Source of the DNA: Candidatus Latescibacterota bacterium
GTDB lineage: Bacteria; Latescibacterota; UBA2968; UBA8231
NCBI GenBank assembly: GCA_965221775.1
Contig: CBDCSU010000006.1
Span: forward strand, 960,001 to 1,024,000
Direction: 5' to 3'
DNA: 64,000 nucleotides
Program-made: the position numbers and the translations under genes
Shown: positions 45,834-55,476 of the stretch, in pieces
How the letters are laid out: every line of letters begins with the position of its first letter
Numbering within the stretch: the stretch's first letter is position 1
The notes under the pieces: generated by a model
Seen by the model: the letters and a program-made list of their open reading frames with translations, nothing else
Databases searched by the model: none
What the model was told of the DNA's origin: nothing

Positions 45834-48395
45834 ATGCACGACATCGCCCTCGACCTGCTGATTCTGCTCGCCGGCATCTGGCTGGTGGCCGTCACCCTGC
45901 GGCCCCTGGGGCTGCCGACAGTGACGGGGGAGCTCATCGTCGGGGTGGTGGTGGGGCCGGCGGTACTGGGCCTGATCCGGCCCGACGAGACGATTCAACT
46001 GCTGGCCGAGATCGGCATCTTCTTCCTCATGTTCCACGCCGGGGTGGAGACCCAGCCCCACGAGTTCTTCGGCGCCCTCAAGCGCTCCGTCGGCGTCGCC
46101 GTGGTCGGCGCCATCGTCCCCTTCGGCGTCGGCTTCGGCCTGGCCCTCGCCTTCGGCCTCGACTACGTGGGCGCCACCTTCGTCGGCCTCACCATGGCGA
46201 CCACGGCGGTGGTCATCACCCTCAAGAGCCTGCGCGACCTGGGCCTGGCCAACACCCGCGTGGCCCACGTCTTCCTCGCCTGCTGCGTCTTCGACAACCT
46301 GCTGACGATCGTGTTCTTCGGCGTCGTCATCGGCCTGCTCACCGGCGGCACCTTCGAGCCCATGGCCATCCTCGTCACCCTGGGCAAGGTGGCGGCCTTC
46401 TTCGCCGTCTGCTTCGGCCTGGCCACCTGGGTCTATCCGCGCCTGCACCTGCCCTTCCGCTCCGAGGGCGGCAAGGGCTTCACCTTCGTCCTGGTCACCG
46501 CCTTCGGCGCCGGTCTGATCGCCGAGGCGATCGGCCTGCACATGATCCTCGGCGCCTACCTGGCGGGGCTGTTCTTCGAGGAGAAGATCGCCCACCCCAA
46601 CCTCGTGCGGGTCGTCAACGACCGCGCCTACGGCATCGCCTACTCCTTCCTCGGGCCGATCTTCTTCATCTCCCTCGGGTTCTCCGTCACCTTCGACATC
46701 AGCGCCGCCCAGGTGGGGTTCGTCGTCCTCCTCACCCTCCTCGTCATCGTCGGCCAGATCGTCAGCGCCGGGGGCATGGCCCTGCGCGTGGGCCTGCCCT
46801 TCCGCGAGGCCCTCACCGTGGGCGTAGGCATGTGCGCCCGCGCCGAGATGGCCCTCATCCTCGCCTCCCTGGCCCTGAGCCGGGGCGCCTTCGACCAGGC
46901 CGTCTTCACCATCCTCATCTTCACCGCCTTCCTGCTCAACCTGTTCACGCCCCTGGCGCTGAAGGGCTGCGCCGTGCTCCTCCAGGGGCGGGCGGCGCGC
47001 CGGCAGGACGCGCCCCGCGGCGTCGTGATGATCGACAAGTTCGGCGACCCCCTGGTGGAGGAGCGGTTCACGGGGCAGCTGCCGCGAGACCTGCCCGACG
47101 TGGACGCGGGCGTCGTCATCTACGGATTCGGCCCCGAGGTGGAGGGGCTGATGGAGGAGCTCCGGAGCCGCGGGAGGCCCGCGGTGGTGATCGAGGAGGA
47201 CGAGGCCGTCGCCCGGCGGCTGCTGGCCCACGGTGAGCGGGTCGTGCACGCCTCCCTGGCCGAGGACGAGCTGGACCTGAGACGGCTGGCCGGGGCCCGG
47301 GCCCTGGTGGCCAACGGCGAGGACGACCGCAACGCCCTCTTCGCCCTCGGGGCCCGCGAGCAGGGGTTCCGGGGGACCATCGTGGCGCTGATCGACGAGC
47401 CCACCCGCCGAGCGCCGATGATGCTGGCCGGGGCCAGCGCCGCCTTCACCCCGAACCACGCCCTGGCCGCGGTCCTGGCCGTGCGCGCCAGCGCCCGCAT
47501 TGGCCCCCGCGTGGCCGGCGTCGAGCCCCTGGGCCAGCTGCTGGAGGTGGCCGAGATCCGCGTCCACGACGGCAGCCCCCTGGCGGGGGCGACCCTGGCC
47601 GGCAGCGAGCTGCGGGCCCGCACCGGCACCCAGATCGTCGGCCAGTGGAAGGAGGACTCCCTGCACTCGCCCCCCGGGGCCGGCGAGACCCTGCAGCCGG
47701 GGTCGATCCTGGTGGCCGCCGGCTCGCCGGAGAGCATCCGCCGCCTCGACGACTGGGTGCGACCGATCACCGAGGAGGGACCGCTGGTCGTCGTCGGCTC
47801 GGGCGACGTGCGGGAGAAGCTGGTGGAGATCCTGCGCAGCGCCGGCGAGCCAACCTTCGTCGTCGATCCCGCCGGCGGCGAGGGGGTGGACCTGGCCGGC
47901 GACATCCTCGACCGGGAGGTCCTCGAGCGCACCCCCATCGCCGGGGCCCGCGCCGTGAGCCTGGCCCACGAGACCGACAGCGCCGACCTGCTGGCCGCCA
48001 CCGTGGTGCGCGACTACGCCCCCGAGGTGCCGATCATCGCCGCCGTCAACCACGTGGAGAACGTGGGCCGCCTGCAGCAGGCCGGCGCCGACTTCGCCCT
48101 CTCCGTGAGCCAGGTGGCGGGCCAGATCCTCGCCCACCACGTCCTCGGCGAGGCGGTCTCCCACCAGCCGCGGATCAAGCTGGTGAAGATGCCCGCCCGC
48201 CGCTTCGGCGGCCGTCCCCTGGAGGCCCGCATCCGCGAGCGCACCGGCTGCTCGGTGATCGCCGTCGAGAGGGACGGCCAGGTGCAGCTGGATCTGCCGG
48301 CGTCCGAGCTGTCCGAGGCGGACGCCCTCTACGTCTGCGGAACGCCGGCGGCCTTCAACCTGCTCTACGAGCAGTTCCCGGAGGCGCGGGAGTAG
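45834..48395 (+). CDS. CPA2 cation:proton antiporter fused to two TrkA-N/TrkA-C (RCK) pairs
   Basis: GELIVGVVVGP, MFHAGVE, ILGAYLAG, MCARAE; VVIYGFG; IRERTGCSVIAVER. Confidence 0.88.
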   Translation: MHDIALDLLILLAGIWLVAVTLRPLGLPTVTGELIVGVVVGPAVLGLIRPDETIQLLAEIGIFFLMFHAGVETQPHEFFGALKRSVGVAVVGAIVPFGVGFGLALAFGLDYVGATFVGLTMATTAVVITLKSLRDLGLANTRVAHVFLACCVFDNLLTIVFFGVVIGLLTGGTFEPMAILVTLGKVAAFFAVCFGLATWVYPRLHLPFRSEGGKGFTFVLVTAFGAGLIAEAIGLHMILGAYLAGLFFEEKIAHPNLVRVVNDRAYGIAYSFLGPIFFISLGFSVTFDISAAQVGFVVLLTLLVIVGQIVSAGGMALRVGLPFREALTVGVGMCARAEMALILASLALSRGAFDQAVFTILIFTAFLLNLFTPLALKGCAVLLQGRAARRQDAPRGVVMIDKFGDPLVEERFTGQLPRDLPDVDAGVVIYGFGPEVEGLMEELRSRGRPAVVIEEDEAVARRLLAHGERVVHASLAEDELDLRRLAGARALVANGEDDRNALFALGAREQGFRGTIVALIDEPTRRAPMMLAGASAAFTPNHALAAVLAVRASARIGPRVAGVEPLGQLLEVAEIRVHDGSPLAGATLAGSELRARTGTQIVGQWKEDSLHSPPGAGETLQPGSILVAAGSPESIRRLDDWVRPITEEGPLVVVGSGDVREKLVEILRSAGEPTFVVDPAGGEGVDLAGDILDREVLERTPIAGARAVSLAHETDSADLLAATVVRDYAPEVPIIAAVNHVENVGRLQQAGADFALSVSQVAGQILAHHVLGEAVSHQPRIKLVKMPARRFGGRPLEARIRERTGCSVIAVERDGQVQLDLPASELSEADALYVCGTPAAFNLLYEQFPEARE

Positions 48396-49031
48396 TCAGT
48401 CGCCGAAGCGGAAGGGCGGGTACCTGTCGGTGGTTAGCAGGAAGGCGTAGGCCGTGACCCGCAGGCTCCAGCGCAGGGTTCCTTCCACGAACAGGAACAG
48501 CTCCCTGGGGTAGCGGCCGACGATGAGGATCACGAACCAGGCGAGGATGGTCACCAGGATGGCCAGGATCCAGATGATGGCCAGCACGATGTAGTGCGGG
48601 ATCGCCAGGATCCACTTGACCAGCGGCAGGAACCGGTTCAGCCCGCCTTGCGCGTCCGGGTACGGGATGTCGAGGTGGACGCCCTGCCCCTCGTCGGTGG
48701 AGGGATAGTCGTCGCGCAGCAGCAGCACGTAGGCCTCGACCCGGGTCCCGAAGCGGGTCAGCTCCAGGTTCCAGTCGAACCACCAGCGCGGGTACTTCCG
48801 CCGGAAGAGGATCATCAGCATGGGGGGCAGCCACAGCAGGCCCCCCGTGGCGAGGGCAGCCGGCCACTGGTACGCGCCCGCATCTTCGGTGACGAGCGAC
48901 CCGCCCACGAGGGCGAGAACGATCAGGATCGGCACCGCCAGGAGGAGCCGGAAGAAGACCGTGAGTCTGCGGCTGGACTCGGGGTAGTCGATGGAGAACT
49001 GGACGGGGTATGGAGCGGCCTGTTCGGTCAT
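48396..49031 (-). CDS. DUF4389-type membrane protein
   Basis: Two repeats: RLLLAVP...RKYPRW...DDYP and KWILAIPH...GRYPRE...TDRYPPF. Confidence 0.85.
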   Translation of the reverse strand: MTEQAAPYPVQFSIDYPESSRRLTVFFRLLLAVPILIVLALVGGSLVTEDAGAYQWPAALATGGLLWLPPMLMILFRRKYPRWWFDWNLELTRFGTRVEAYVLLLRDDYPSTDEGQGVHLDIPYPDAQGGLNRFLPLVKWILAIPHYIVLAIIWILAILVTILAWFVILIVGRYPRELFLFVEGTLRWSLRVTAYAFLLTTDRYPPFRFGD

Positions 49032-49912
49032 CGGGCATCCCTCCTCGGCAACTGCTTCACGTCCCCCCAGCTGCCCGTCTGCACCGCCGTCCCGATCCCC
49101 TCCACCGGCATCTGGTAGAACCGCGGCTCGGACTCCAGCTGGCCGTCAGCGGTATTCCGCACCGTCGTGACGGCCCAGCGGGTGTGGCTCTCCCCCCTAA
49201 AGACGACGGCCCTGATCACGGGCTGCCCTGGCTGGACGTCGATGGCATCCCACACGACGAGGGCGTCCCCGGGCGTGTCCAGCTCCACCAGGTGGCCCGC
49301 CTCGTCGAGGACCCGGTCGACCCGCATCTGCCGCCAGATGCGGTAGCCGTCGGCTCCCTCCACCGCATCCCAACTCAGCAGGATGAAGCCGTCCTCACCG
49401 GCCTCGCCCTCGGGGGCGTATGGAGCTGCCACCACCGTCTCGGGCGGCGCCGGCAGGACCGGCGCGCCTGCGGAATGGAACCGCGGTCCGGACTCCAGCG
49501 GCCCGTCCCCGGTTTGCTGCACCGTCGTGACGGCCCACCGAGTCATGCCGCCGTCTCCCGCGGCGACGATGGTCCTGACGACGGGCGTCTCTCGCTCGAC
49601 GGCATCGACGACGCCCCACACCACGAGGGCGTCCGCGGGACGGTCCAGGTCTACCAAGTGGCCCGCCTCATCGAGGGCCCGATCGACCCGCACCGCTCGC
49701 CAGATCCGGTAGCCGTCGGCTCCCTCCACCGCGTCCCAGGTCAGCAGGATGAAGCCGCCCTCCTCGGCCTGGCCCTCCGGGGTGTACGGTTCGGCCAACA
49801 CCGTCTCGGGCGGCGCGGGCAGGGCCAGACCGGCGTTGACGGAGAGCAGCAGGGCGGGTATGGCCAGCATCGATGCGGGCCGTCGGCCCATGCGTGGTTG
49901 CTTGCGGTCCAT
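49028..49912 (-). CDS. Secreted protein with two FN3-like repeats and C-terminal TAVxxxSWGxVK tail
   Basis: RBS GGAGG; signal peptide; repeat LPAPPETV..GFILL(T/S)WDAVEGADGYRIWR twice, 122 aa apart; ends TAVQTGSWGDVKQLPRRDAR. Confidence 0.75.
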   Translation of the reverse strand: MDRKQPRMGRRPASMLAIPALLLSVNAGLALPAPPETVLAEPYTPEGQAEEGGFILLTWDAVEGADGYRIWRAVRVDRALDEAGHLVDLDRPADALVVWGVVDAVERETPVVRTIVAAGDGGMTRWAVTTVQQTGDGPLESGPRFHSAGAPVLPAPPETVVAAPYAPEGEAGEDGFILLSWDAVEGADGYRIWRQMRVDRVLDEAGHLVELDTPGDALVVWDAIDVQPGQPVIRAVVFRGESHTRWAVTTVRNTADGQLESEPRFYQMPVEGIGTAVQTGSWGDVKQLPRRDAR

Positions 49913-50002
49913 GCTCAATCCCTCCGGCAAGAGATGCTGCTTGACTTCTGAATATAGATCCTGAGCGTGCCCGCCAAGCCGGGGCTGCCGCAGGATCCGC
50001 AC

Positions 50003-51316
50003 TCATGACTCCATTACCAGCCGGAACCCGGGGATGGCGAACTGGAAGGTCAGGGGCCAGAAGTTGCGGTAGCTGATGCGGATGTGGTCCTTGGGCGTCG
50101 CCCAGCTCCCCCCCTTGAGGACCATCTTGTTGCTCATGAACTTGCCGTTGTACTCGGCGATGGCGCCGGGGTAGGGCCGGAATCCGGGGTAGGGCAAATA
50201 GGAGCTGTTGGTCCATTCCCAGACGTTGCCCATCATGTGCTTGAGCTCGCCTTCCTGAGGCGTCATCGCCGGCCGGTACAGCTCCCCTCCCAGAAGCACC
50301 GCCTCACTATTTCGCACCTGCGCCATGGCGTCGGTGCGCCGGGCGGCGTGCTCCCATTCCGCCTCGGTGGGCAGGCGCACGATCCTGTCCTCGCCGCGGC
50401 TTTTCCAGTTGGCGTAGGCCGCAGCCTCGAAGTAGCTCAGGTGAGAGACCGGCTCGTGGGGATCCGTCTCCTGCCAGCCTTGCAGGGTAAACCGCTGCCA
50501 CCTGCCGTCGATCTGTTTCCAGTAGAGGGGGGCCCGGGGGAAAATCTCCCGGTCCGCCAGCCGGAGCACCGGCCGCATGGAGCCGTCATCCCAGGCCTCG
50601 GCGAACCACCAGGCGAAGTTCTCGTAGCCGCCGTCGGCGATGAACTCCAGATATTCACCGTTGGTCACCGGGCGGTTCATCATGGCGAAGGAATGGATGT
50701 ATTGCCGGTGCACCCCGTACTCGTTGTCGAAGCCGAACCCGCCTTCCACGTTGCCCACCTCTGCTATGGTCTCCTCGAAGGGGACCCACCGGAGGGGGAT
50801 TTCCACCGAGCCCGGGGCGCGGGACTCGCCGCTGATGGGTCTGCCCTCTGCGCGGCCCTCGAACCGGTTGCGCAGAACCTCGGTGTAGAACAGCTCCTGG
50901 TGCTGCTGCTCGTGGTTGATTCCCAACTCCATCAGGCGGTCGAACTCTTCACCGTGGTCGCCGTCGAGGAGCAGGTCCATCACCTCGTCCACGTCGGACC
51001 GGTACTTCAGTATGCTCTGGAGAGGGGCCTCGTGGACGAGTACCGCTCCGCGGCAGGCCTGGCGCACGTGCTTGCCCGCCCCCTTGTAGTAGGAGTTGAA
51101 GTGATACCACAGCTTGCCGTCCCCCCCCAGGGACCCGGCGTACCTGCCGAGGATGACGGCGTCGAAGAACCAGTTGGTGTGGCCAAGGTTCCAGGCCGGC
51201 GGGCTCACCTCCTGCACGGCCTGGTGGTACAGCTCCTCCTCGCTCAGCAGCGCCACCATTTCGAGAGAGTGGTTGCGCACCCTGTGATACCTCTCGCGCA
51301 GAGAATCAACAGACAC
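50003..51316 (-). CDS. egtB: EgtB-like sulfoxide synthase (DinB plus FGE-sulfatase domains)
   Basis: RBS AAAGGAGG, GTG 51316; WNLGHTNWFF, FNSYY, HEQQHQE Fe motif, RLPTEAEWE, GNVWEW, EYNGKFM, SYRNF. Confidence 0.8.
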   Translation of the reverse strand: MSVDSLRERYHRVRNHSLEMVALLSEEELYHQAVQEVSPPAWNLGHTNWFFDAVILGRYAGSLGGDGKLWYHFNSYYKGAGKHVRQACRGAVLVHEAPLQSILKYRSDVDEVMDLLLDGDHGEEFDRLMELGINHEQQHQELFYTEVLRNRFEGRAEGRPISGESRAPGSVEIPLRWVPFEETIAEVGNVEGGFGFDNEYGVHRQYIHSFAMMNRPVTNGEYLEFIADGGYENFAWWFAEAWDDGSMRPVLRLADREIFPRAPLYWKQIDGRWQRFTLQGWQETDPHEPVSHLSYFEAAAYANWKSRGEDRIVRLPTEAEWEHAARRTDAMAQVRNSEAVLLGGELYRPAMTPQEGELKHMMGNVWEWTNSSYLPYPGFRPYPGAIAEYNGKFMSNKMVLKGGSWATPKDHIRISYRNFWPLTFQFAIPGFRLVMES

Positions 51317-51453
51317 AATTCCTCCTTTACCCATGGGGATTTGTAAGGCACGCCTTTCGGGACCCGTCGTCAAGGGTTGGAGGTGCCGGTGTCAGGGGAG
51401 CCCGGACAGCCCCTGCAGGGCCGGCCATTCGGCCCGGTGGCATCAGAAACCGC

Positions 51454-51494
51454 TTGACAAGCCCTTCATTTACTCTATTTTGCAGAGTACTCTG
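51454..51494 (+). promoter_or_regulatory. Sigma-70 promoter overlapped by a palindromic operator
   Basis: TTGACA(51454)-N16-TATTTT(51476); inverted repeat TACTCT-N7-AGAGTA at 51471-51489 plus CAGAGTACTCTG palindrome at 51483-51494. Confidence 0.75.
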
Positions 51495-51547
51495 TATCGA
51501 TCACCCCAGCAAGCACTCGAGTGCTGCCGCACTAGGAGAATCTCCCC

Positions 51548-52132
51548 ATGGAACCCGAGGTGACCCGGAAGCTGGAGGAAGACGTCTCCTTCGTCCGCCA
51601 GGCGGTGGAGCAGCGGGACAAGGCCGAGTACAAGTCGCTGGCGATCATCGTCATGTGGGCCGTGATCGTCGCCGTAGGATACGCCCTGAACGACTTCGCC
51701 ATGGACTACGTGCCGTTCTACTGGATGACCGCCCCCGTGGCCGGCTTCCTGGTCAGCCTCGCCCTCGGCAGCCGGTCCGACAGGAAGCGGGGACTGAGCC
51801 GGCCGGGCCTGAGCGCCCGCCACGGTCTGCACTGGGGCACCATCTTCCTCGGCGGCATGGCGGTGATCTCCATCGCCGTGGCTCACCGGTTCGACGGCTG
51901 GGTCATCGGCCAGCTCTTCGCCCTCCTCACCGGCGTGGTGTTCTTCCTGGGCGGTCTCCACCTCGACCGGCGCACCCTCTGGCCGGGGGTCCTGCTCATC
52001 TGCGGGGCCGCCGCCGTCGACCACATTCAGCCATACCCGTGGACCATCGTCGGCCTGGCCACCGCCGCGACCCTGGTGGCCAGCGCCCTGTGGATGAAGC
52101 CGAAGGATGAAGAAGCCGTCGCAGCCGGCTGA
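51548..52132 (+). CDS. Hypothetical membrane protein (about 6 TM)
   Basis: RBS AGGAG; N-terminal LEEDVSFVRQAVE helix followed by hydrophobic segments. Confidence 0.75.
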   Translation: MEPEVTRKLEEDVSFVRQAVEQRDKAEYKSLAIIVMWAVIVAVGYALNDFAMDYVPFYWMTAPVAGFLVSLALGSRSDRKRGLSRPGLSARHGLHWGTIFLGGMAVISIAVAHRFDGWVIGQLFALLTGVVFFLGGLHLDRRTLWPGVLLICGAAAVDHIQPYPWTIVGLATAATLVASALWMKPKDEEAVAAG

Positions 52133-52451
52133 GGTCACCTCCGAGGGGCTGGTCCGGCTGGACAAGCTGCTGGAGCACCGCAGCCGTTTGGGCGCCTGCG
52201 TGCTGCTGGCCGACGTGGAGGCCATGACCTTCACCAGCCTGAAGGGTCACCTGAAGGAGACGGACGGCAACATGGGGGCGCATCTGCGCAAGCTGGAGGA
52301 CGCCGGCTACCTGGACGTGTCCAAGCGCTTCGAGAACCGCAAGCCGGTCACCTGGTACCGCCTCACCCGCAAGGGGGCGGAGGCCCTGCGGAGCCACCTG
52401 GAGGCGCTGCAGACGGTGATCCGCGGCGCGAGGCTTGGCCCTCTGGGGTGA
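52107..52451 (+). CDS. Winged-helix (HTH_34/ArsR-like) transcriptional regulator
   Basis: LEHRSRLG, TDGNMGAHLRKLEDAGY, KRFENRKPVTWYRLT..G. Confidence 0.9.
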   Translation: MKKPSQPAEVTSEGLVRLDKLLEHRSRLGACVLLADVEAMTFTSLKGHLKETDGNMGAHLRKLEDAGYLDVSKRFENRKPVTWYRLTRKGAEALRSHLEALQTVIRGARLGPLG

Positions 52452-54676
52452 CCAGCTGCGTGTCCTGGCTGTTCGCCCTCCTCGGCGGGGCCTGCTTCGC
52501 CGCCGCTGTCGACGCGCAGGACCCGGCCGTCGTGCAGGGTCAGGTCGTCGACGGAGCGGGAGAGCCCGTCGCCTTCGCCAACGTCCAGATCGCCGGGACC
52601 ACGGACGGGGCCGCCACCGGGCGCGACGGGCGCTTCCGGTTCGCCACCCGGCACCTGGAGAAGCGCGAGATCGTGGCCTCCTTCATCGGCTTTGAGCCGG
52701 CGCGGCAGACCCTGCGGCTGGCGCCGGGCGACACCGCCGCCGTCCGCCTGGTGCTGCGCCGGGTCCTGATCGAGCTCGGCGAGACCGCGGTCACGGCCAG
52801 CACCTGGTCCACCGGCGAGAGGGAGGACGTCACCCTCTCCCCCCTGGACGTGGTCACCACCGCGGGCGCCGCCGCCGACATCTTCCGGGCCGTCAAGACC
52901 TTCCCCGGCGCCGCCATGGTCGACGACGGCGCCGGCCTCTTCGTGCGCGGCGGCGACGTGAGCGAGACCCTGATCCTGCTCGACCAGGCGACCGTCGTTC
53001 ACCCCTACCGCCACGAGTCGCCCACCGGCGGCGTCTTCGGCACCATCCCGCCCTTCATGGTCAAGGGGACCGTGTTCTCCACGGGCGGCTTCCCGGCCCG
53101 CTACGGCAACACCCTCTCGGCGGTGCTGGCCATGGAGAGCCAGGACCTGCCCGAACAGTCCCGCTCCAACCTCAACTTCGGCCTCGCCGCCCTCTCCCTC
53201 GGTGTCGACTCACCCGTCGTCCCCGACGCCCTCGGCCTGCGCCTCTCGGGCAACCTCAGCCTCACCGACCTCCTCTTCCGGGTCAACGGCCACGGCGGCG
53301 CCTTCGAGACCTACCCGCGCTCCCACGACGGCAACCTCAACCTCGTCTACCGGTACTCCCCGGCGGGGCGTCTCAAGCTCTTCAGCTTCATCACCGGCGA
53401 CCGCCTCGGGGTGCGGGTCGACGAACCCTCCTTCGACGGCTTCTACCGCAACCGCACCGCCAGCCGGCTCCACAACCTGCAGTGGAGGGACATCCTCGGC
53501 GGCTGGCTGATCCGGACCAGCGCCTCCCTCAACAGCTACTCGGCGCGCCGGCGGCTGGGCAGCCTCGACCTGGAGCCCGCCGACCTGACCACGAAGCTCC
53601 GCGCCGACCTGGAGGGCGGCCTCGGCGACCGCGCCTGGCTGCGCTTCGGCGGCGAGACGGAGCGGATGGACAACCGCTTCCGCGGCACCCTCCCGCGGCG
53701 GGGGGACATCTTCGATCCGGAGGCGGAGGTCTTCGAGTTGGACCACACCTATGGCGCCCGGCGCACCGGCGCCTACGTCGAGGTCGATCTGAAGCCGGCC
53801 CACGCCGTCGCCGTCAATGCCGGGGTCCGCGCCGATCACCACGACCTGGCCCGCCGCCTCGCCGTCGACCCGCGGCTGTCGGCGCGCTGGTCCTTCACCC
53901 GAAGCACGGACCTGCGCCTGGCCTGGGGGGTCTATCACCAGTTCCCCTCGCCGATGGAGTACGACCCGGTGAGCGGCAACCCGGATCTGGGGCCCCAGCG
54001 GGCGCAGCACTGGATCGCGGGCCTGACCCACGAGCGCCGGGAGCTGATGATGCGGGTGGAGGCCTACCACAAGCCCTACCGCGGCCTGGTGCTCCACGAC
54101 CCCCGTCTCAACTACACCAACGGCGGCCGCGGCCCCGCCTCCGGGCTGGACCTGTTCGTCAAGCGCGGCGGCTTCCTGCGGACCCGCGTCAGCGGCTGGG
54201 CGGCGTACAGCCTGATGCGCTCGCGGCGGCTGCAGCCGCGCCACCTCGGCCGGGGGGTGACCTACGAGGAAGCCCCTTCGCCCTTCGACATCACCCACAA
54301 CCTCACGGTGGTGGGGAAGGCGCTGCTGACGGCAGGACTCAGCGGCGGCCTGACCCTCAGGCACGCCTCCGGCCGTCCGGTCACCCCCGTGACGGGCGCG
54401 GTCCCGGCGGAGGCGGGGGGCTACTACCTGCCGGTGCAGGGCCCCGTCGGCTCGGAGCGGCTGCCCGCCTTCCAGCGGCTGGACGCGAGCCTGAGCTACC
54501 TGCGGCCCTTCGGGGAGGGGCACCAGGCCGTGCTCTACCTGGCCGTGAGCAACCTCCTCGACCGGGAGAACGTCCTCGACTACGACTACAGCCTCGACTA
54601 CGCCGAGCGCCGGCCGCGCACCACGCGCTTCCGTCGGTCCGTCTACTTCGGCGCCATGCTCACCTTCAACCGCTGA
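52448..54676 (+). CDS. TonB-dependent receptor with N-terminal carboxypeptidase-regulatory-like domain
   Basis: GQVVDGAGEPVAFANV, LFVRGG, FSTGGFPARYG, DPRLS, terminal GAMLTF beta strand. Confidence 0.88.
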   Translation: MTSCVSWLFALLGGACFAAAVDAQDPAVVQGQVVDGAGEPVAFANVQIAGTTDGAATGRDGRFRFATRHLEKREIVASFIGFEPARQTLRLAPGDTAAVRLVLRRVLIELGETAVTASTWSTGEREDVTLSPLDVVTTAGAAADIFRAVKTFPGAAMVDDGAGLFVRGGDVSETLILLDQATVVHPYRHESPTGGVFGTIPPFMVKGTVFSTGGFPARYGNTLSAVLAMESQDLPEQSRSNLNFGLAALSLGVDSPVVPDALGLRLSGNLSLTDLLFRVNGHGGAFETYPRSHDGNLNLVYRYSPAGRLKLFSFITGDRLGVRVDEPSFDGFYRNRTASRLHNLQWRDILGGWLIRTSASLNSYSARRRLGSLDLEPADLTTKLRADLEGGLGDRAWLRFGGETERMDNRFRGTLPRRGDIFDPEAEVFELDHTYGARRTGAYVEVDLKPAHAVAVNAGVRADHHDLARRLAVDPRLSARWSFTRSTDLRLAWGVYHQFPSPMEYDPVSGNPDLGPQRAQHWIAGLTHERRELMMRVEAYHKPYRGLVLHDPRLNYTNGGRGPASGLDLFVKRGGFLRTRVSGWAAYSLMRSRRLQPRHLGRGVTYEEAPSPFDITHNLTVVGKALLTAGLSGGLTLRHASGRPVTPVTGAVPAEAGGYYLPVQGPVGSERLPAFQRLDASLSYLRPFGEGHQAVLYLAVSNLLDRENVLDYDYSLDYAERRPRTTRFRRSVYFGAMLTFNR

Positions 54677-54695
54677 GCCATCCTGGAGGAACGAC

Positions 54696-55466
54696 ATGAG
54701 ACACCTGCTGCTGCTCGCCCTCGGCCTCTTCCTGCCCTCCGCCTCTCTTTCCGGGCCCGCCGACAGCCTGATCGCCACGGGCCGGGCGGACTTGAAGGCG
54801 GGAGTGAATCACGGGGATCTCGAGCGCATGATGGCGGCCCGGGCCGCCTTCGAGCGAGCCGCCGACACGGAGCGGGCCGCCTGGGCCCGCTACTACGCGG
54901 CCCTGGCCGACTTCCGCATCGCCAACCACCTCCTCACCCGGGAAGAGGGATCGAAGGACCGGGCCTCGGCGCACCTGGAGAGCGCCGTGGAGAGCCTGAA
55001 GGAGGTCGTCCGCCTCGACGCGGAGTCCGCCGAGGCCTGGGCGCTGCTGAACAGCGTCTATGGGCGGCAGATCTCCCTGAGCCCGATGAAGGGGATGCTG
55101 CTGGGACGCCGGTCGAAGCGGGCCCTCCAGATGGCCGGGCGCCTGGCGCCGGACAACCCCCGGGTGGTGCTGGCCGCGGCCGTGTCCGACTTCAGCACCC
55201 CCGGCATGTGGGGCGGCGACAAGGAGAGGGCCATGGAGGGGTTCCGGAGGGCCGCGGAGCTCTTCGCCGTGGAAGAGCCGGCCGATCCGCTGCAGCCGGT
55301 GTGGGGGCACGACGAGGTCTACGCCTGGATCGGCCTGGCCCACCTCGACCGGGACGAGCGCGAGCAGGCGAGGGCCGCCTTCGAGAAGGCCCTGGAGATC
55401 GAGCCCGACTTCGGCTGGGTCCGCTACGCCCTGCTGCCGGGACTCGACGAGGCCGCCGCCGAGTGA
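54696..55466 (+). CDS. Secreted TPR protein
   Basis: RBS GGAGG; signal peptide; LAPDNPRV, AFEKALEIEPDFGWV. Confidence 0.8.
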   Translation: MRHLLLLALGLFLPSASLSGPADSLIATGRADLKAGVNHGDLERMMAARAAFERAADTERAAWARYYAALADFRIANHLLTREEGSKDRASAHLESAVESLKEVVRLDAESAEAWALLNSVYGRQISLSPMKGMLLGRRSKRALQMAGRLAPDNPRVVLAAAVSDFSTPGMWGGDKERAMEGFRRAAELFAVEEPADPLQPVWGHDEVYAWIGLAHLDRDEREQARAAFEKALEIEPDFGWVRYALLPGLDEAAAE

Positions 55467-55476
55467 GCCCGGGCGC

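Noticed and set aside
50003-51316. Assignment as selenoneine synthase SenA
   Set aside because: No adjacent senB or senC/selD, and the retained motifs fit EgtB.
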